Source of the DNA: Actinomycetota bacterium | GTDB lineage: Bacteria; Actinomycetota; Geothermincolia; Fen-727; Anoxymicrobiaceae | Length of the DNA stretch: 64,000 nucleotides | Direction: 5' to 3' | Assembly (NCBI GenBank): GCA_043807425.1 | Contig: JAZDFZ010000025.1 | Coordinates: 1,827 to 65,826, forward strand | Shown: positions 59,277 to 64,000 of the stretch, one piece after another | Layout of the letters: each line of letters opens with the position of its first letter | How positions within the stretch are numbered: position 1 is the first letter of the stretch | The notes under the pieces: model-generated | What the model saw: only the letters and a program-made list of their open reading frames with translations | The model's database searches: none | Told to the model about the DNA's origin: nothing | Translations under genes and position numbers: made by a program

Positions 59277-60092
59277 ATGGAGGTCAGCGTATTGAACTGC
59301 GGGACCATGCGCCCCAGGGGGGCGCGTTTCCTCGTACCTCAGATGTCGGCGAGCCCGTGCCTGTGCCTGCTCATCGAGGACGCGGATCGCCTCATCCTGG
59401 TGGACACCGGCCTGGGCACTGAGGATGTTGAGGACCCCACGGGGCGCCTCGGCTTCTCCAACGTCCTGCTCAACGCCCAGCGTGACCCCGCGCTGACGGC
59501 TCTTCGGCAGGTGCGGAAGCGCGGCCTCAGGATGGAGCGGGTGACCGACATCATCTGCACCCACCTGGACCGGGACCACGCCGGCGGGCTGCCCGATTTC
59601 CCGGACGCCCGCGTGCACGTCCTGCGGCCGGAGCGCGACCACGCGCTCGATCCTCCCAGCCGGCGGGAGAGGGAGAGATACCGGAGGTGCCACTTCACCC
59701 ACGGACCCCGCTGGGAGGTCCACGAGGGTACGTCCGGCGAGGACTGGTTCGGATTCAACTGCATCAGGAATATCGAGGGGTTGCCCTCCGAGGTGGTGCT
59801 GGTGCCCCTGCCGGGCCATACGCTTGGCCACTGCGGGGTGGCTGTGAGGTACGGGCAGGGCTGGCTGTTCCACTGCGGGGACGCATACTACGCGCGGGCC
59901 GAGTTGGCCGATGGGAAGAGGCCGCCGCCGGGGGTCCGCGTGTTCAGGTCGGTCGCCCACCTGGACCGCACCTGCGCCCTGCGGCAGCTCGACCGGATAA
60001 AGATGCTCCTCGCCGCGCACGGCTCCGAGGTGGCCACGATCGCCTCGCACGACCAGGCGGAGTACGTCAAGAGGTTCGGCCGCGAGCCTTGA
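59277..60092 (+). CDS. MBL-fold metallo-hydrolase
   Basis: ATG 59277 (AAAAAGGAG SD). LILVDTGLG, CTHLDRDHAGG, VPLPGHTLGH. Confidence 0.8.
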   Translation: MEVSVLNCGTMRPRGARFLVPQMSASPCLCLLIEDADRLILVDTGLGTEDVEDPTGRLGFSNVLLNAQRDPALTALRQVRKRGLRMERVTDIICTHLDRDHAGGLPDFPDARVHVLRPERDHALDPPSRRERERYRRCHFTHGPRWEVHEGTSGEDWFGFNCIRNIEGLPSEVVLVPLPGHTLGHCGVAVRYGQGWLFHCGDAYYARAELADGKRPPPGVRVFRSVAHLDRTCALRQLDRIKMLLAAHGSEVATIASHDQAEYVKRFGREP

Positions 60093-60112
60093 TCACTCCC
60101 AGCGGGAGTGTT

Positions 60113-60135
60113 GCAAAAGGGTCAGGCACTTTTGC
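60113..60135. terminator. hairpin related to 36178-36206, between convergent genes
   Basis: GCAAAAGggtcaggcaCTTTTGC, 21 nt after the MBL stop. Confidence 0.4.
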
Positions 60136-60147
60136 TACACCGTCAAC

Positions 60148-60243
60148 GACGGACTGAAGTCCGCCCCCAATCAGTGGGTCTTGGGCCGGGACTTCAGTCC
60201 CGGCAGGCGTAGTCAACGGCGGACTCAAGTCCGCCCCCAAGAG
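60148..60243. repeat. family-2 hairpin repeat cluster (forward, inverted, forward)
   Basis: GACGGACTGAAGTCCGCCCCCAATCAG (60148-60174). TTGGGCCGGGACTTCAGTCCCGG (60181-60203, inverted). CAACGGCGGACTCAAGTCCGCCCCCAAGAG (60214-60243). Confidence 0.9.
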
Positions 60244-60250
60244 ACCCCGG

Positions 60251-60460
60251 CTAATCTGCTGCGCCGCTTATGCAGTAGTAGGTTCCCACCAGGTCGTACT
60301 GGTCGGTCACCGGACACTCGGGGCAGATGCAGTTCACCCTGTCTATGCCCTTGTCGCTCTTCCCCCTCGCGCAGTAGGACCAGACGTCGTTGGCAGGGTA
60401 GCTGGGGCAGTCACCGCAGATGCAGTCCTGGTGTACCTGGTCGCTGTCGGGAACCGTCAT
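60251..60460 (-). CDS. DUF2769-like small Cys-rich protein
   Basis: ATG 60460 (GGGAGG SD). MTVPDSDQVHQDCICGDCPSYPANDVWSYCARGKSDKGIDRVNCICPECPV. Confidence 0.65.
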   Translation of the reverse strand: MTVPDSDQVHQDCICGDCPSYPANDVWSYCARGKSDKGIDRVNCICPECPVTDQYDLVGTYYCISGAAD

Positions 60461-60474
60461 ACCGCGCCTCCCGT

Positions 60475-60852
60475 CTACGCCGCCTCGGGGTCGTCCACCC
60501 AGCCGCCGAAGGCGTTCCCCTCCGGGTCCATGCATACCGACATCCAGCCGAACCCCTTGACCGGCATCTTCTCCATCATCACCATGCCGCCGTTGTCCTT
60601 GACGCGCTGGTTGAACGCCTCGAGCCCGCCCTCGGCCGTGTAGTAGTTCATCGGGCCCTGCTCGGGCATCTGCTTCTTGCCCAGGCCGCCCTCCAGGGCT
60701 CCTTCCTTATCCGGCTCGGGAGCGAGCCTCCAGTAGTCCGGGAAGTCACCGGCGTACGGCTCCACGGTCCAGCCCATCACGTTCCGGTAGAAAGCGGTCA
60801 TCTTCTCCACGTCGTCCACAGGGATGTCGAAGTGCACCATCTCTCCAGGCAT
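60475..60852 (-). CDS. VOC (glyoxalase/bleomycin-resistance) family protein
   Basis: ATG 60852 (GAGGAGGAGG SD). MPGEMVHFDIPVDDVEKMTAFYRNVMGWTV...GFGWMSVCMDPEGNAFGGW. The rest of ORF 60475-61833 is an antisense shadow of the SDR gene. Confidence 0.75.
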   Translation of the reverse strand: MPGEMVHFDIPVDDVEKMTAFYRNVMGWTVEPYAGDFPDYWRLAPEPDKEGALEGGLGKKQMPEQGPMNYYTAEGGLEAFNQRVKDNGGMVMMEKMPVKGFGWMSVCMDPEGNAFGGWVDDPEAA

Positions 60853-60947
60853 GACTACCTCCTCCTCTTCGTCACCGGTCAGCCGCCGACAGACTAGATT
60901 CTGCGCGGCCGGAGGTGTTCCTGCAAACCGGGTGTGGAGTACGCCGG

Positions 60948-61811
60948 TCAGACCATCCCGTGCTTCGACATCCACATGATGACGGGACGTGCGATGCCGT
61001 ACCGGTAGCCCAGGGCGAAGACGCGGTTCGTAAGCAACGGGAAAAACCGCTTGGCGAGCCAGCTCAACCTGGCCGAGGTCTGCGGCATGACGTAGAGCTT
61101 GCCCTTCCTTGCCCCTTTCAGGATCGACGCCGCGACGTCGTCGCAGGTTATCCTGGCGTTGCAGAACGCCGAGCGGGCGAACTCGGTCTGGAACTCGTTG
61201 GTGCAGGTCATGGTATCGAGCAGGTTCGTGTCGAAGAACGTAGGGCAGGCTACGGTCACACCGATCCGGTCCGGGGCGAGCTCCATGCTGAGCGTCTCGG
61301 ACAGGGATATCACCCCCGCCTTGGTCATGTTGTAGGGGGCCATCTCCGGAAGGTTCATGATGCCCGCGAAGGAGGCGATGTTCACGATGTGGCCTCCGCC
61401 ACCCCTCTTCATGAGCGGGATAAAGGCGTGGCACCCGTTCACGCAACCCATGAGGTTCACGTCGACTATCCGCCTCCACTCGCTTATCTCCGCGTCGCCC
61501 ACGGATCCCGCGACCGCTATCCCGGCGTTGTTCACCAGCAGCGATACCCCGCCCCACTCGGCGAAGAAGTGCCTTGCCATCGCGCCGAACTGGTCCGCGT
61601 CGCGCACGTCGCAGCGGTAGACCTCCCCCGATCCGCCCGCCTTCTCGACCAGCTCCAGGGTGCAGCCGGCGCGCTCCGCGTCGACGTCCGAGATGCCGAT
61701 GGTCCACCCCTGGCGGGCCAGGTTCAGGGCGAGAGAGCGCCCCAGCCCGGAGCCGGCCCCGGTGATGACGGCGGTGTTGCCAGCGAGCTTCTCCAGATGA
61801 TCGCGCCTCAT
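60948..61811 (-). CDS. short-chain dehydrogenase/reductase
   Basis: ATG 61811 (GGAGGAGG SD). TAVITGAGSGLGR, NNAG, YNMTKAG. The ORF-track N-terminal extension (MGRDFSPG) is repeat-derived. Confidence 0.85.
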   Translation of the reverse strand: MRRDHLEKLAGNTAVITGAGSGLGRSLALNLARQGWTIGISDVDAERAGCTLELVEKAGGSGEVYRCDVRDADQFGAMARHFFAEWGGVSLLVNNAGIAVAGSVGDAEISEWRRIVDVNLMGCVNGCHAFIPLMKRGGGGHIVNIASFAGIMNLPEMAPYNMTKAGVISLSETLSMELAPDRIGVTVACPTFFDTNLLDTMTCTNEFQTEFARSAFCNARITCDDVAASILKGARKGKLYVMPQTSARLSWLAKRFFPLLTNRVFALGYRYGIARPVIMWMSKHGMV

Positions 61812-61819
61812 GCCTCCTC

Positions 61820-62926
61820 CTATCGAGGAACATCCGGGACTGAAGTCCCGGCCCAATCAGTGGATATGGTGAACGAGACCGTCTCTTTCTCGCGATCGCC
61901 CCAGGTCAACTCGCCCGGTTTCCCGGTGCGGGCTTCCAGGGCCGCGGCTACCCTGGCCGCATACAGCGTGTCGTTGTAGGCGTTGGATATCCTCACCGAG
62001 ATGCCGCCTTCATCGCTCTCGAACGAATCGGGGTGACCCATGCCCCTGAGTGCCATCCCCAGGAAGAAGCCGTCCCAGAACGAGCCTCGCATGTCCACCG
62101 GGGAGCCGCCGGGCGACTGCTTCGAGATCTCGAGCTGAGACCTGTACAGGATGTCGGCCACGGAGGCCCCCAGCTCCGCCTCCAGCTCGCGCTGCAGGGC
62201 ATTGAGGGACTGCACGGCGAACATCACGCTGCGGTGCCCCGTGTTACGGTCGATGATGCGCCCGCGGGCCTGGTCCCAGTCGATCATCCTCGCGATCTTC
62301 AGGGGAGCCCCGCACTGGCTGCAGCGGTCGTAGTCCAGCGACATCCCGGCGGGCCGCACCTGCTCCAGGTAGAACCGCTCCACCTCGGTGTCCGGCTCGT
62401 CGGACCGGCTGACGTCGATTGTCAGCGTGTCTCCGTCCAGCCTGTAGTCAGCTTTCATGGGCACCCCTTCGACCACCTCGACGGCCCCCAGGAAGCTCCC
62501 CACCAGGCGTGGAGCGAGGCAGGCGTTCTCCACCCGCAGCGACATGTTTTCCCCCGCCCTGTACGACTGGACTCTGACAACACCGAACCCGATGGCGGCC
62601 AGGTCCTTTCCCACCCGGTCGATTATCGCCTTGATCGCCCACTGCGGCCTGGCGAGACGGCTGCGGGGGATGTGGTCGATGAGCGGGATGGGACGGATGG
62701 CATATATCGCCTTGCCGACCCTTCTCTGGGCCTCGACCAGGGTGTGGTCGACCGAGAAGCCGATCTCCTCGGAGACACGGTCGAAGAGGCTCTGCAGCTC
62801 ATCCGCGTCGAGCAGGGCGATCTGCAGCAACACTCCACGTTGCTTCATCACTATCGTGCCGTCCCCGCGCCACTCGAAGAAGTCCGCGAACCTCGCCGGG
62901 AACCCGCACTCGGCGCACTGCTTCAT
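61820..62926 (-). CDS. internally duplicated Zn-ribbon + ligand-binding-like domain protein (unknown family)
   Basis: 368 aa with GGGAGG SD. Half 1: CAECGFPARFADFFEWRGDGTIV...LQSLFDRVSEEIG...GFGVVRVQSY..GENMSLRVENA. Half 2: CSQCGAPLKIARMIDWDQARGRII...LNALQRELEAELG...GMGHPDSFESDEGGISVRISNA. Confidence 0.65.
   Translation of the reverse strand: MKQCAECGFPARFADFFEWRGDGTIVMKQRGVLLQIALLDADELQSLFDRVSEEIGFSVDHTLVEAQRRVGKAIYAIRPIPLIDHIPRSRLARPQWAIKAIIDRVGKDLAAIGFGVVRVQSYRAGENMSLRVENACLAPRLVGSFLGAVEVVEGVPMKADYRLDGDTLTIDVSRSDEPDTEVERFYLEQVRPAGMSLDYDRCSQCGAPLKIARMIDWDQARGRIIDRNTGHRSVMFAVQSLNALQRELEAELGASVADILYRSQLEISKQSPGGSPVDMRGSFWDGFFLGMALRGMGHPDSFESDEGGISVRISNAYNDTLYAARVAAALEARTGKPGELTWGDREKETVSFTISTDWAGTSVPDVPR
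61834..61860. repeat. family-2 hairpin repeat copy
   Basis: CCGGGACTGAAGTCCCGGCCCAATCAG. Encodes the last residues (DWAGTSVPDVPR) of the upstream gene. Confidence 0.9.
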
Positions 62927-62947
62927 CTCTCGCCTCCCTGCTTGCTT

Positions 62948-63778
62948 TCAGCCTGTGGACACCCGGTCGTTGACCACGCCCACGATCCTTCGCATAAGGC
63001 CCGGAGCCACCCGGTGGAAGTAGTAGAGCAGGTAGGCCTCCCTGCCCGTCAGGCACAGAAAGCGGCCCTTCTCGACGGCGGCGAGCACCTTCAACGCCAC
63101 CTCCTCAGGCCGCATCCCACCCTTCTCGAGCCTCGCGGCCCACCTCTCCTTGAACCTCTCCTGCCCGGGGTCGCCCCCCGGCGGCGTTCGCGTACCCTTC
63201 ATTATGTTCGTCCTGATGGCCCCGGGGCAGACCAGGGTCACTCCTACGCCGTGACGCCGCACCTCCACGGCCAGCATCTCTGAGAAGCCGACCAGTGCGT
63301 ACTTCGTGGTCGTGTACGGAAGGTGGAACGGAAGGGGCACAAGTCCGGAGAGGGATGCGACGTTGACGATGTGCCCCGCGCCCCGCTCGATCATGCCGGG
63401 CAGGAACAGCCTCGTCCCGTACACCTCTCCCATCAGGTTGATGCCCACGATCCACTCGAAGTCCTCGAGGGGGACCTGCACCAGCTCGCCGCCGACGCCG
63501 ACCCCGGCGTTGTTCACCAGGATATCCACGCGCCCGAACTCGGAGAGCACCTCGCCGGCCAGGTCCTCCATCCGCGCCCGCACGGAGACGTCCGCGCATC
63601 GTGACACGCACATCCCCGGGGCCCCTTCCGTGATCTGTGCCGTCTCCGCCAGGCCGTCCACGTCGAGGTCGACCCCCACCACGGTCGCGCCCCTCCGGGC
63701 CAGCTCGACCGCGACGGCCCGCCCCAGGCCGGAGCCTGCCCCGGTGACTACGGATATCTTGTCGGTGAAGAAAGTCAC
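62948..63778 (-). CDS. short-chain dehydrogenase/reductase
   Basis: GTG 63778, preceded by GAGGGG from the repeat. ISVVTGAGSGLGR, NNAGVG, YTTTKYA. Confidence 0.85.
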   Translation of the reverse strand: MTFFTDKISVVTGAGSGLGRAVAVELARRGATVVGVDLDVDGLAETAQITEGAPGMCVSRCADVSVRARMEDLAGEVLSEFGRVDILVNNAGVGVGGELVQVPLEDFEWIVGINLMGEVYGTRLFLPGMIERGAGHIVNVASLSGLVPLPFHLPYTTTKYALVGFSEMLAVEVRRHGVGVTLVCPGAIRTNIMKGTRTPPGGDPGQERFKERWAARLEKGGMRPEEVALKVLAAVEKGRFLCLTGREAYLLYYFHRVAPGLMRRIVGVVNDRVSTG

Positions 63779-63823
63779 TACCCCTCACCCCGACCCTCTC
63801 CCCCAAGGGGAGAGGGAGAATCA
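63778..63823 (-). repeat. family-1 hairpin repeat, copy 5
   Basis: CTACCCCTCACCCCGACCCTCTCCCCCAAGGGGAGAGGGAGAATCAG. Fills the gap between the stop at 63824-63826 and GTG 63778 exactly. Confidence 0.9.
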
Positions 63824-64000
63824 GTAAGGTACCGGCTTCTTGAACTCCCCGCGGTTCAGCTTCTTGAAGTAGTACCCGAAGTCGTAGGCGACCACCGCCC
63901 TCACCGCGTCCCGCTCGCAGATCGCCGCGCAGTCGTTACACGACATGCACTGGGGAAAGACCTCCTCCAGGTACGCCTTCTTCTCCTTGCCCTCGCCACG
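63824..64000 (-). CDS. partial Fe-S (ferredoxin-like) protein, C-terminal 58 codons
   Basis: The minus frame is in phase with the window edge: RGEGKEKKAYLEEVFPQCMSCNDCAAICERDAVRAVVAYDFGYYFKKLNRGEFKKPVPY*. Contains a CxxCxxCxxxC motif. Not in the ORF track because it has no start in the window. Confidence 0.6.

Overview
High-GC window (roughly two-thirds G+C by eye), densely coding, with no transposase, integrase, CRISPR array or rRNA. I could support about 60 protein genes and 2 tRNAs (His-GUG with an encoded G-1, and Arg-UCU). The content looks like an anaerobic, probably uncultivated Actinomycetota-like organism; that is inference from content only.

Main blocks:
(1) A 2011-aa secreted giant protein: 4 'AEGYTGGxFDT..QNP' modules, an unassigned core, 9 IPT/TIG repeats, then 4 more modules.
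(2) A minus-strand deoxyribose operon (deoC, rbsK) bracketed by two nucleoside-2-deoxyribosyltransferase-like paralogs. One paralog has lost the catalytic Glu.
(3) The most interesting locus, a tightly coupled 13-gene minus-strand operon (17108-30296). Order: TetR, two atypical acyl-CoA dehydrogenases, three paralogous all-helical proteins of unknown family, three BcrB/C-HgdA/B-type subunits in Bzd-like order, two BcrA/D-type activase ATPases, a truncated acetyl-CoA-synthase (AcsB/CdhC) middle-domain homolog, and a CooC-type ATPase.
(4) A split NHEJ module (ligase, Ku, primase-polymerase).
(5) An FGGY-kinase::2-hydroxyacid-dehydrogenase fusion.
(6) A second uncharacterised minus-strand operon (ferredoxin, 2 SDRs, an internally duplicated Zn-ribbon protein, VOC, DUF2769).

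Four families of short hairpin repeats populate the gene junctions. One is read through as a 'PSPxxGEGRGxGE' protein tail. One carries an rRNA-complementary GAGGTGATC loop.

Between the two tRNAs lie an AT-rich element bounded by inverted repeats and the C-terminal relic of a PEP-utilising enzyme.

All family assignments come from motif recognition by eye. No searches were run. The supplied ORF track uses alternative start codons, so several starts were re-chosen from SD context.
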